From NCBI GenBank assembly GCA_046590205.1, contig JBKJTT010000068.1, positions 4,819 through 68,818 of the forward strand: a stretch of DNA of 64,000 nt. The letters run 5' to 3'. The notes under the pieces were generated by a model. The model had not been told where the DNA came from and did not search any database. It was given only the letters and a program-made list of their open reading frames with translations. Both the position numbers and the translations under genes were made by a program. The DNA comes from Candidatus Kapaibacterium sp. (GTDB lineage Bacteria; Bacteroidota; Ignavibacteria; Palsa-1295). Positions 46,065 through 54,782 of this stretch are shown one piece after another. Within the stretch, counting starts at the first letter, position 1, and each line of letters begins with the position of its first letter.

Positions 46065-47132
46065 ATGACCACACTCTCTTTATACCGAAACAACTGGTTT
46101 CTTTTTCTATTTATTATAATACCGCTTTTATCGTGCTCACATGATGGCAAAGCTATTAAAATAGAGCCCACAACAGGCGGACCTGGTAACCCTAGTTTTG
46201 AAGAGGCGACAATAAATGATGGAAGCTCTGGAAAGAACTGGTTTGGCCCTCAAAAAGAATATGTGCCGCACTATGAGATAAAGATTGGGACATCCAACGC
46301 ATACGAGGGTAAACAATACGCAGAAGTGTACTCAACAGGTACTCCGACGGGTAGAGAATTTGGCAATATCATGCAATTTATTGATGCGACACCGTATAAG
46401 GGTAAAACTGTTCGATTTAGAGCTGCAGTCAGGGTTACATCTGAAAATGGCGGTAGAGCGCAGATGTGGATGCGTGTTGATAGACCTGACAACTCTATGG
46501 GTTTCTTTGACAACATGAATGACAGACCAATTACTAGCACAGAATGGAAGGAGTATGACATTGTCGGTACGATAGACACTGCCGCTGACAAAATATATAT
46601 TGGTTGTATGTTGATAGGTGAGGGTAAGATAAATGTTGATGCAGTAAGGTTTGACATCATTGATGAAAACCCGCCGCTATCGGCAACCGACCCATTCCGC
46701 AGTGGATGGGGGAGAGCCGGCAGCCATCCCAATGAATATAAGATGGGTTTTACCGAAGACAAAGAAGCTATCGCAAAAATCGAGTATACTTCAAAAGATG
46801 AACCCTCAGGATTTGGTACCTATATGCAAATGTATCCACCAGGTAAATGGGCAGGTAAGAAGCTCAAAATGACAGGATATATAAAGACAGAGAATATAGA
46901 GGATTGGTGTGGTATGTGGTGCCGTATTGATGGTGATAAAGAAGGAGAGTCACTCGATTTCGACAATATGCAAGATCGCCCTATTAAAGGAACCACTGAT
47001 TGGAAAAAATATGAGATCACCATCAATGTACCTACTAAAGCTTCTGCAATAGCGTATGGAGTATTAGTTGCCGGAAAAGGTACTGCATACTTCAAAGATA
47101 TCACGTTCGAAGAAATAGGTAAAGCTGACTAA
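46065..47132 (+). CDS. Hypothetical lipoprotein with repeated CBM4/9-like (galactose-binding-like) modules
   Basis: A lipobox (LLSCSHDG) is present. Two or three internally repeated modules of about 100 aa resemble carbohydrate-binding modules (...GKTVRFRAAVRV...MWMRVD... and ...KLKMTGYIKTE...MWCRIDG...). Confidence 0.45.
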   Translation: MTTLSLYRNNWFLFLFIIIPLLSCSHDGKAIKIEPTTGGPGNPSFEEATINDGSSGKNWFGPQKEYVPHYEIKIGTSNAYEGKQYAEVYSTGTPTGREFGNIMQFIDATPYKGKTVRFRAAVRVTSENGGRAQMWMRVDRPDNSMGFFDNMNDRPITSTEWKEYDIVGTIDTAADKIYIGCMLIGEGKINVDAVRFDIIDENPPLSATDPFRSGWGRAGSHPNEYKMGFTEDKEAIAKIEYTSKDEPSGFGTYMQMYPPGKWAGKKLKMTGYIKTENIEDWCGMWCRIDGDKEGESLDFDNMQDRPIKGTTDWKKYEITINVPTKASAIAYGVLVAGKGTAYFKDITFEEIGKAD

Positions 47133-47140
47133 AGTTACTT

Positions 47141-47857
47141 TCACTTCAAACCCAACTCTTTTTGCATACGAGGCGGAAGATTCCTTCCGCCTTCTCGCAT
47201 CGTTAGTCCTGATGAATCTTCTTTATATTCGCGAAAAAATTCAAATGTTAGGTCAGGATAGTGTTTACCTATTTCGCGCAGTGTCCAGCCGATGGCTTTA
47301 CGGGTGAAGAATCCTTTCTCGTGAAGAAGCTCTTCAAATGTCGGAATTGCAAACTCTGCGCGAAGCTGTTTCTTTCTTGATGGCATGACGTGGATGAGGA
47401 TGGCGGCACGTCTTGTCCAGAGGTGTTTGCTCTTTGTCCACTTCCGAACCTTCGGATATACTTCGTCGGGGTAGTTCATCGCAAGAGTACCGAGATGCCG
47501 CGTCGCAAGGTAATCAAGCATAGCCCAACCTTCACATTCTTGGGTTATCTTTTTAAGCATCGGCAGGTCTTTAGGAGTAAGTTCTTTATCGCACCTCTCG
47601 ATGAGCATCAACCCCGCCGCTTGTTCCTCGAACCAGTTCGACGACCAGAGCTCTAAGCCAAGCACGATGAGTTCGTCTTTATCAAGCTTCGGTTTTTTCG
47701 GGAAGACCTTCGTTACTGCCTCGACGAGAGCAGCATTCTTCAAGCCGTAAAAATCTTTGGTTGACTTGTGATAATTCTTATGGAACGCGGCATGAGTTTT
47801 ATCACGCCGCTTGTTGAGTTCTTTCCGAAGAGCCGCTATTCTCACATCACCCATCAC
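47141..47857 (-). CDS. DNA alkylation repair protein (AlkD/AlkC HEAT-like repeat glycosylase family)
   Basis: The sequence is collinear with AlkD-family motifs (YHKSTKDFYGLKNAAL, WTRRAAIL, RKAIGWTLREIGKHYPDL). Confidence 0.6.
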   Translation of the reverse strand: MMGDVRIAALRKELNKRRDKTHAAFHKNYHKSTKDFYGLKNAALVEAVTKVFPKKPKLDKDELIVLGLELWSSNWFEEQAAGLMLIERCDKELTPKDLPMLKKITQECEGWAMLDYLATRHLGTLAMNYPDEVYPKVRKWTKSKHLWTRRAAILIHVMPSRKKQLRAEFAIPTFEELLHEKGFFTRKAIGWTLREIGKHYPDLTFEFFREYKEDSSGLTMREGGRNLPPRMQKELGLK

Positions 47858-47875
47858 ACATTACTCATCACTCCG

Positions 47876-48583
47876 TTACGCCATTGTATGATAGACTGCC
47901 TGCACGTCATCGTCATCTTCCATGCGGTCGATGAGTTCGAAGACTTCCGTTGCCTGCTCTTCGTTGAGTTCTTTTGTTGTAGTGGGGAGGCGTTCTATCT
48001 TTGCTTCGGTGACAGGGATATGTTTCTCCTCAAGTGCTTTTTGCATTCCGGCAAAATCTGTGAAGGAAGTATAAACGATAACTTCATCGTCTTCAAGTTT
48101 AATATCTTCAGCGCCGAAATCAATCAACTCCAACTCAAGCTCATCCATCTTTACCTCGGCGGCGGGAAGCTTGAAAACACCTTTGCGGTCGAACATAAAT
48201 TCAACAGAGCCCGTCGTCCCGAATGAGCCACCAAGTTTATTGAAATAACTGCGGATATTTGCTACGGTGCGGGTCGGGTTATCGGTAGCGGCTTCGATCA
48301 TCAGTGCAATTCCATGCGGCGCGTATCCTTCATAGATCGCTTCATTGTAATCTTCGGCATCTTTGCTCGATGCACGCTTTATCGCACCTTCGACGCGGTC
48401 TTTGGGCATGTTAACGCCTTTGGCGTTCTGGATTGCTGCGCGGAGGCGGGGATTAGATTCCGGCTCCGGTCCGCCGAGCTTCACGGCAACGGCTATTTCC
48501 TTACCGAGTTTGGTGAACGCCTTGGACATTTTGTCCCAGCGCTTCATCTTTCTTACCTTACGGAATTCAAATGCTCTACCCAT
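47876..48583 (-). CDS. YebC/PmpR-family DNA-binding regulatory protein
   Basis: MGRAFEFRKVRKMKRWDKMSKAFTKLGKEI... is highly characteristic of the YebC family. The start is the ATG at 48583. Confidence 0.85.
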   Translation of the reverse strand: MGRAFEFRKVRKMKRWDKMSKAFTKLGKEIAVAVKLGGPEPESNPRLRAAIQNAKGVNMPKDRVEGAIKRASSKDAEDYNEAIYEGYAPHGIALMIEAATDNPTRTVANIRSYFNKLGGSFGTTGSVEFMFDRKGVFKLPAAEVKMDELELELIDFGAEDIKLEDDEVIVYTSFTDFAGMQKALEEKHIPVTEAKIERLPTTTKELNEEQATEVFELIDRMEDDDDVQAVYHTMA

Positions 48584-48644
48584 AGTGTATCTGGTTACAA
48601 CGGGCGTATCTAACACGGAATCCGGGTTCGGGGTTCTTTGGCAG

Positions 48645-48708
48645 TCGGTAGTCTTTAGTCGTTAGCAAGTAGAAGAACTCTGCATTTTACTAACGACTAA
48701 AGACTACC
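48645..48708. repeat. Perfect 20-bp-stem inverted repeat related to the palindromic element at 2813-2995
   Basis: cggtagtctttagtcgttag (48645-48664) pairs with ctaacgactaaagactaccg (48689-48708) around a 24-nt loop. It shares the tagtcgttag and ctaaagacta cores with 2826-2839 and 2976-2985. It lies in a divergent promoter region, so it is not a terminator. Confidence 0.6.
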
Positions 48709-48761
48709 GATTAACGACTATATTTGTTGTATCTTTGTACTCTATATCTGCAAAATACACC

Positions 48762-49343
48762 ATGAAACTCAAACTACTCGCACCTATTGGTTCTGCTATC
48801 GCTATCTTCGGATTCTTCTCACCGTGGATGAGCTGCGGCGCAATAAAATTCACGGGATATGACCTTGCTTCGGGGGCAAATATGGGTAGTAATACTACCG
48901 ATGCAGACATGATTATTTGGGTAGTGCTGATCGCCGCTGTCATTATCATTGCGCTTTACTTCTTATTCAATATGCGCCGTCAGCTAAAGAAAGCAATGAT
49001 ACCAACTATCGGCGCAGCAGTGCTCGGACTTTCGATTCTTGCCGCAAAGTACATTGATGTCGGGAAAACGAAGTCAGGGTTTAATGAAGGACTTGAGCAA
49101 GGGATGGCTGCGGGGGCTTCGGATAGCACAGTAACCAGCTCGAAAGAAATGGAAGGATTTGGTAATATGATGAGTGATTCTATTCGCATCGAATGGGGCT
49201 TTTGGCTCACTGCACTTGCCTTCGCAACCTCCATCGCCGGCGCATGGAATTACAAAGACGAACCACTCGTAGCTGATGCAACCGCAATCGGTACACCCCT
49301 CCCCGACGACGGAAGTAAGATGAATCAGGATTTGGGGATATAG
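48762..49343 (+). CDS. Hypothetical membrane protein
   Basis: Three or four transmembrane segments are visible. The start is the ATG at 48762 (MKLKLLAP...). No family could be assigned. Confidence 0.5.
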   Translation: MKLKLLAPIGSAIAIFGFFSPWMSCGAIKFTGYDLASGANMGSNTTDADMIIWVVLIAAVIIIALYFLFNMRRQLKKAMIPTIGAAVLGLSILAAKYIDVGKTKSGFNEGLEQGMAAGASDSTVTSSKEMEGFGNMMSDSIRIEWGFWLTALAFATSIAGAWNYKDEPLVADATAIGTPLPDDGSKMNQDLGI

Positions 49344-49380
49344 GGGAGAAAGCAACACCACACACAAAGCTATACTATAT

Positions 49381-49890
49381 ATGATTGCTCTATTATTCAT
49401 ATTTCTATTCATTACTAATCCGATAGAGGTGTCATCTCTTAGGTTTGGGATTTCTGCGGGTGAACTCAAAAAAGATATGAAGAATAAATACATGTCCTGT
49501 GATACCCTCTATACAGGAGTTGTGGAGCCAAGAATAGAATATCTTTGCTACGCACCTGTCATATTCCACAGACTTTCTATGTTTATGAGTGTTCAGCTTG
49601 ATAGGAACGGGAAGGTCGTTAGGTATAGATTCCAAAATGCCAAGTCCACCGACTTTGAACAGCTCGTCCCCAACATCGCGCGAACGAAAGCCGACAGCAC
49701 GATACCCGTCAAATACACAGCTGATGATTTTCTAATACTTACAGAATCGCTCTCAAAAATATTAGGTGAAGGAAAACCATCCGTTGAGAATGGAGTAGCG
49801 ACAATGGATTGGAGTAATGACAGTCAAAAATTGATTACGGTGATGAATGTAGAAGAAGGCGTGATTGAGCTTTTCTATATGATGTATTAA
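49381..49890 (+). CDS. Hypothetical protein (N-terminal hydrophobic segment)
   Basis: This is a 169-aa ORF in a lower-GC stretch, with a signal- or anchor-like N-terminus and no recognisable domain. Confidence 0.45.
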   Translation: MIALLFIFLFITNPIEVSSLRFGISAGELKKDMKNKYMSCDTLYTGVVEPRIEYLCYAPVIFHRLSMFMSVQLDRNGKVVRYRFQNAKSTDFEQLVPNIARTKADSTIPVKYTADDFLILTESLSKILGEGKPSVENGVATMDWSNDSQKLITVMNVEEGVIELFYMMY

Positions 49891-49897
49891 TGACTGT

Positions 49898-50842
49898 ATG
49901 AGACTACGACTTCTATTTATATCATTCATAATCACCTCAACGGCATACTCACAGGGAACTCCTTACTCCGTATCTATTGACTATAAGACTGTCAGAAAAA
50001 TTAAAGAAAAGTGTATTATCGGTGTTAGATTCGACATCGGAGAATCACAAACGCATCCAAACTCTACAAAAAAAGATGGCGATCTGCATATAGGTGGGTC
50101 TACTACTGACTTAGGGTTCAATACGGTTGCTGAAATAATGAATGCCAAAGATGTTCAAGCTGCAATAGATACTGTTCATAACTGCGAAGTAGAGAAGAGA
50201 CCTCTAAATCTTGTTGGTTGTTGGAGATTGTGGTTTGAACACCAAAAAGCGGATGAAGAACAAGATTATGAAGTAGAGCCAGAAGATGAGAATACAAATC
50301 CTGATCATACTTGGGAAATTCACCCTGTTTTAGAGATAAATGGTTATTCTATAGCTAACACTCTGCGACCTATTAGAGAAGGGCTTGATGAATATGAGTA
50401 CAAAAAGGCAGAAAAAACAATCAAAATTTTTAGTAATACGAAGTGTACAGTAACATACTCTGATTCTAGTTTGAGGATTCAATCAAAAAAGCTTGGCTAC
50501 AATTATTGTGCATTCACAATTAGGCCAACCTCTAAACTCAAGAAGATCCCCGGATTCAAAAAAAACGGCAGAACATATGTAGGGGGTCATTACTTAAGTG
50601 CTAATGTTGCAGGCAAAGGGAAAAAAAACCTTGCTTCAAATATTCGTTTTATATTCCCGCCTAGAACATCATCTGAAAACAAAATTAAAAAACTAACCGG
50701 CAAGTCATTACAAGTAGTTGCCATACCCAGAGTTTCTCTGTCTGCTATTTATCATTGGAAAAAATCAGCGAAGAAAAAAACAGTAATAGAACAGTTGCCA
50801 ATTGAATTTATAGTAGTTGCAGTGCTTAGGATTAGTAGTTGA
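49898..50842 (+). CDS. Hypothetical secreted protein
   Basis: The signal peptide is MRLRLLFISFIITSTAYSQG and the C-terminus is Lys-rich. The ORF is visibly AT-rich relative to its neighbours. Confidence 0.5.
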   Translation: MRLRLLFISFIITSTAYSQGTPYSVSIDYKTVRKIKEKCIIGVRFDIGESQTHPNSTKKDGDLHIGGSTTDLGFNTVAEIMNAKDVQAAIDTVHNCEVEKRPLNLVGCWRLWFEHQKADEEQDYEVEPEDENTNPDHTWEIHPVLEINGYSIANTLRPIREGLDEYEYKKAEKTIKIFSNTKCTVTYSDSSLRIQSKKLGYNYCAFTIRPTSKLKKIPGFKKNGRTYVGGHYLSANVAGKGKKNLASNIRFIFPPRTSSENKIKKLTGKSLQVVAIPRVSLSAIYHWKKSAKKKTVIEQLPIEFIVVAVLRISS

Positions 50843-50853
50843 ATTTTGGATTT

Positions 50854-51021
50854 CTAAGCAACTCTCAAGCGGTCTTGAAGGATTAATGAGATAGCTTCCG
50901 AAAGACTCTCATTTGCTTCTTCCTTGGTTCTGCCTTGACCGTTCGCACCGGGAATCTCTGGACAGTAGGCGATATACCACTCCCCATCTTGTTCTATTAT
51001 TGATGTGAATTCATGCTTCAT
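50854..51021 (-). CDS. UPF0150/HicB-like small protein (55 aa), no adjacent hicA
   Basis: This ORF is not in the track (under 60 aa). Hand translation gives MKHEFTSIIEQDGEWYIAYCPEIPGANGQGRTKEEANESLSEAISLILQDRLRVA. The Y.A.CPE(I/L)PG...G.T.EEA...EAI pattern is the hallmark of the HicB N-terminal/UPF0150 fold. It sits 34 nt downstream of the metH-like gene on the same strand. Confidence 0.55.
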   Translation of the reverse strand: MKHEFTSIIEQDGEWYIAYCPEIPGANGQGRTKEEANESLSEAISLILQDRLRVA

Positions 51022-51055
51022 ATTAATACTAACCTGATACGAATGAATACAGTTC

Positions 51056-52882
51056 TTACGCCGCCTTCTTCACCGTCTCCCACTTGCGTTCATCGAAGAT
51101 GAGTTGTCTTGCGAGTTCTCTGCCTTTTTCATCTATTTTATGGAGCGGCATGATCTTGCCTGAATGCACGATAGCCATATCAAGACCTGCCTCGATGGCG
51201 TAGTGCATAAAGACAGAGTTCAGGACGTGACGTGAATGCGGATTCAAGCCGAAGGAAATATTCGAGACACCGAGAATGGTGCGACACTTTGGGTGCAGTT
51301 TCTTGATGAGTCGTATCGCTTCGATTGTTTCGATACCTGCGCCTCGGAATTCATCATCACCTGAACCGAGTGTAAATGTCAGTGTATCGAAAATAAGGTC
51401 TTCTTCACGCATTCCGTACTTACTCACAGAGAGATCAATGATGCGTTCGGCTATCTCAAACTTTTTCTCTCGCGTTTTTGCCATCCCAAGCTCGTCAATA
51501 GTAAGAGCGATAACGGCTGCGCCATAACGCTTGCAGAGCGGAAGAACATGCGCCATGCGCTCTTCGCCGTCTTCAAGATTGATTGAATTAATAATAGCTC
51601 TGCCTGCATAGAGCTTTAGTGCTTCTTCCATGACGGGATACTCTGTCGAATCAATAACAACGGGAAGTGTTACCTGCGTATTAAAGAGCTTCATAACTTC
51701 TCGCATATCGCGGACTTCATCACGTCCGACATACGCAACGCATAAATCAAGCATGTGTGCGCCTTCTTTGACCTGCTCCTTCGCCATCGCGACAGCACTT
51801 TCGTAATCCTCTTTGAGTATCAGGTCTTTGAATTTCTTCGAGCCGTTGGTATTACATCTCTCACCAACGATAACCGGAGCTGGCTCCATGTTGAGCGGTG
51901 CTGATGAATAGATAGATGATGCAGATGGTGTCCAACTTACCGAACGCTCTTTGGTTGTGATACTTTGTGCAAGTGAAGCGAGACGAGCTATATGGTCTTT
52001 ACGAGTACCGCAGCAGCCGCCGATGATAGAGACGCCGAGATCGCCTACGAAATGCTTCATCCACTTCTCCATCTCTTCAGGTGTGAGATGATAATGCGCT
52101 ACGCCGCCGACATTTTCCGGCAGACCGGCATTCGGCATACAGAAGATCGGTTTCGATGAGCTTTGCGTCAGGAAGCGGACGTTCTCTTCCATCTCCTTCG
52201 GACCTGTCGCACAGTTCATCCCAATAGCAGTGATAAAGTCATACGGCTCAAGCGCAGTGAGTGCCGCGCTTATCTCCGTACCCATGAGCATCGTGCCCAT
52301 CGTCTCGATAGTGACGGATGTGATGACGGGAATCTGAATCTTGCGCTCGGCAAAGAGGTCTTGCACTGCGGCAAGTGCTGCTTTCATCTGTAAAAGATCT
52401 TGCGATGTCTCGATGCAGAAAAGGTCTGCACCACCATCAAGCATACCTGCCATCTGTGTATAGAACGTATCGCGTTGTTCATCGAATGTGATGTGTCCAA
52501 GAGAAGGCAACTTTGTTGTAGGACCGATAGAACCAGCTACAAAACGCGGTCGCTCTTTGGTTGAAAAATCACGCGCTACTTTCTTTGCCAACTCGGTCGC
52601 TTCTTTCGAGAGTTCGTAAGCCAAGTGTCCGAGGTCATACTCGGCAAGGACGATAGATGCAGAGCCGAAGGTATTCGTCTCGATAACATCCGCTCCGGCA
52701 TCAAGGTAATCGTAATGTACAAGCTCGACAGCCGATGGCTTCGAGCGCACAAGATACTCGTTACAGCCCGCCAAGTGCTCACCGCCAAAATCATCGGGCG
52801 TGAGGTTCTGGGTCTGCAAATGCGTACCGGTAGCCCCGTCAAAGACGACAGGACGTTCTTGTATGAGTTGTTCAAAGGTCAT
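51056..52882 (-). CDS. metH: Methionine synthase-like protein with homocysteine S-methyltransferase and pterin-binding domains only (no cobalamin-binding or AdoMet domains)
   Basis: The homocysteine-domain Zn-ligand motifs are present (GMNCATGP, IGGCCGT). The pterin-binding domain is recognisable (INSINLEDGEERMAHVLPLCKRYGAAVIALTIDE). The protein ends without a DxHxxG cobalamin-binding motif. Confidence 0.7.
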   Translation of the reverse strand: MTFEQLIQERPVVFDGATGTHLQTQNLTPDDFGGEHLAGCNEYLVRSKPSAVELVHYDYLDAGADVIETNTFGSASIVLAEYDLGHLAYELSKEATELAKKVARDFSTKERPRFVAGSIGPTTKLPSLGHITFDEQRDTFYTQMAGMLDGGADLFCIETSQDLLQMKAALAAVQDLFAERKIQIPVITSVTIETMGTMLMGTEISAALTALEPYDFITAIGMNCATGPKEMEENVRFLTQSSSKPIFCMPNAGLPENVGGVAHYHLTPEEMEKWMKHFVGDLGVSIIGGCCGTRKDHIARLASLAQSITTKERSVSWTPSASSIYSSAPLNMEPAPVIVGERCNTNGSKKFKDLILKEDYESAVAMAKEQVKEGAHMLDLCVAYVGRDEVRDMREVMKLFNTQVTLPVVIDSTEYPVMEEALKLYAGRAIINSINLEDGEERMAHVLPLCKRYGAAVIALTIDELGMAKTREKKFEIAERIIDLSVSKYGMREEDLIFDTLTFTLGSGDDEFRGAGIETIEAIRLIKKLHPKCRTILGVSNISFGLNPHSRHVLNSVFMHYAIEAGLDMAIVHSGKIMPLHKIDEKGRELARQLIFDERKWETVKKAA

Positions 52883-52947
52883 TAGTAACATAATACGAAT
52901 CTACGACGAATTAGTTCATATTATTGTTAAACGGCTTGAGCAAAACC

Positions 52948-53769
52948 ATGAAACTTCAAGCCAAAAAATCTCTCGGACAGAATTTCCTTCACGATGAAGG
53001 CATACTTCGCCGTATTGCAGATGCAGCGAAGATAGAATCAGGCGATACAGTTGCCGAGATCGGTCCCGGGCTTGGCGCATTGACAAAACAACTTCTCAAG
53101 AAAGACCTTGCTAAACTCATTGCATATGAGGTTGATGATCGAGCAATAGAGTTACTTCAAAAGGAATTCATTGACCCTCGCTTTGAACTTCGGCATGAAG
53201 ACATACTTCAAGTTAACCTGACCGAAATCTCAAATGATAGACTACGAGTAGTTGGCAACATCCCCTATTATATCACAAGTCCAATCATCTTTAAACTCAT
53301 TGATGATAGACAGTATATTAGAGATGCACTTTTACTGGTTCAACTCGAAGTTGCAGAGCGACTTACCGCCGAACCACGAACGAAAGCATACGGCATCCCG
53401 ACCGTGCTCACTAATTTCTTCGGTGAAGTAACATACCTTTTTAAGGTCAAAGCCGGATCATTTAGACCTGCTCCAAAGGTAGATTCTGCTGTTATTCATA
53501 TCAACTTTGAGCGTGGGTATTTCCCGAGGAATAACCTCTCAATTCCAGAGGGTTTTGACACGAAAGACTTCCAACGCTTTATTCGTCAGGTCTTTGCTAT
53601 GCGCCGCAAAACACTGCGTAACAATCTAAAGGCGTTTGCAAGTGAGGCGGGGATGGGAATGTTGGAGTCCGACACGATCCTATCAAACTATCTCGGCAAG
53701 AGAGCCGAAGAGCTGATAATCTCTGATTTCCTAAAGATATACGAAGTAATAACTCATTCGTCGGAATGA
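52948..53769 (+). CDS. rsmA: 16S rRNA (adenine1518-N6/adenine1519-N6)-dimethyltransferase RsmA/KsgA
   Basis: SLGQNFLHDEGILRRI...VAEIGPGLGALT is the typical KsgA N-terminus and SAM motif. The start is the ATG at 52948. Confidence 0.85.
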   Translation: MKLQAKKSLGQNFLHDEGILRRIADAAKIESGDTVAEIGPGLGALTKQLLKKDLAKLIAYEVDDRAIELLQKEFIDPRFELRHEDILQVNLTEISNDRLRVVGNIPYYITSPIIFKLIDDRQYIRDALLLVQLEVAERLTAEPRTKAYGIPTVLTNFFGEVTYLFKVKAGSFRPAPKVDSAVIHINFERGYFPRNNLSIPEGFDTKDFQRFIRQVFAMRRKTLRNNLKAFASEAGMGMLESDTILSNYLGKRAEELIISDFLKIYEVITHSSE

Positions 53770-53798
53770 TAGAGTAAGCTATTCCGTTTTTTGCCGCA

Positions 53799-54782
53799 AT
53801 GACCTTCTTCCGTAGTTCCTTCGGCGCAATGACGCCGGTTGACATCGTTACTCTCGTCTTTACGTGCATTCTTGCGGTGCTCACGGCTATATTCCACTCC
53901 CGCTTAGACACCGTTGCAATATACACAAACCTAACTATTGTATGGATAGTCGTAATTGCCGCTAATTACCTGCGTTCACGGTCATCGGCAAAGGGAGTAC
54001 GCATGTTTCATGCGTTCTATATCATGCCCGTTGTTGTCTTTATCTTCAAGACAGTCGAGAAGTTGTCCTATAATATACATGGAAAAGATTTTGACACTCT
54101 CCTGATCGCAATCGATAGAGCGTTTTTTGGTGTTGACCCAACCGTCTGGCTTGCAGAGCATTTTCCTCTTTCACCGCTCGGAGTTGAGTTCTATATGCTG
54201 TGCTATTTCATGTATTATATTCTCTTCATAATTCTGACGTGGGAGCTATTCCTTCGCCGCAAGAATCATTCCGAAGGCGGTATCCATGACAATGAACTTG
54301 AGACGTATAGATTCTCTGTAGTGTATGGCTTCTTGTTCTCGTATATCGGATACATGATACTCCCGAGTGTCGGTCCACGCTTTACACTTCATGAGTTCTC
54401 GCAATTGCCTATCGAGATGCCGGGATTGTGGATGACAGACTTCTTTCGTTATTTGATTGATTCAGGCGAGAACATAACCAAGACAATGACGAGCACGGAA
54501 GCGATGAAATACGTCACACGTGACGCATTCCCAAGTGGTCATACAATGATGGCGGTTATTACGATGCTTCTTGCTATCAAATACAAAACACGTTCACGTT
54601 GGGTGATAAATTTTTTTGTGGTCGGGCTTATTATCTCTACAGTACTTCTTCGGTACCATTATGTAATAGACATTGCAGCAGGGATAATATTCGCCTTAGT
54701 GGCACTCTATACAGCGCCGTATGTAACAAGGGTTTTACTCAGCTGGAACGCAAAACTAACGGGCAACGATGATACCCGATGA
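53799..54782 (+). CDS. PAP2-superfamily membrane protein (phosphatase/phosphotransferase-like)
   Basis: The protein is polytopic. The PAP2 motifs PSGH (FPSGHTMMAV) and a Y-H-x3-D segment (LRYHYVIDIAAG) are present. Confidence 0.55.
   Translation: MTFFRSSFGAMTPVDIVTLVFTCILAVLTAIFHSRLDTVAIYTNLTIVWIVVIAANYLRSRSSAKGVRMFHAFYIMPVVVFIFKTVEKLSYNIHGKDFDTLLIAIDRAFFGVDPTVWLAEHFPLSPLGVEFYMLCYFMYYILFIILTWELFLRRKNHSEGGIHDNELETYRFSVVYGFLFSYIGYMILPSVGPRFTLHEFSQLPIEMPGLWMTDFFRYLIDSGENITKTMTSTEAMKYVTRDAFPSGHTMMAVITMLLAIKYKTRSRWVINFFVVGLIISTVLLRYHYVIDIAAGIIFALVALYTAPYVTRVLLSWNAKLTGNDDTR

Noticed and set aside
50843-51055. A search for a HicA/YcfA-like toxin ORF flanking the HicB-like gene, on both strands and in all frames.
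   Set aside because: Hand translation of the downstream minus-strand frames hits stops within 35 codons without an ATG. Only 34 nt separate the HicB-like gene from metH, and the + strand is occupied by a signal-peptide-bearing ORF. No partner toxin gene is present.
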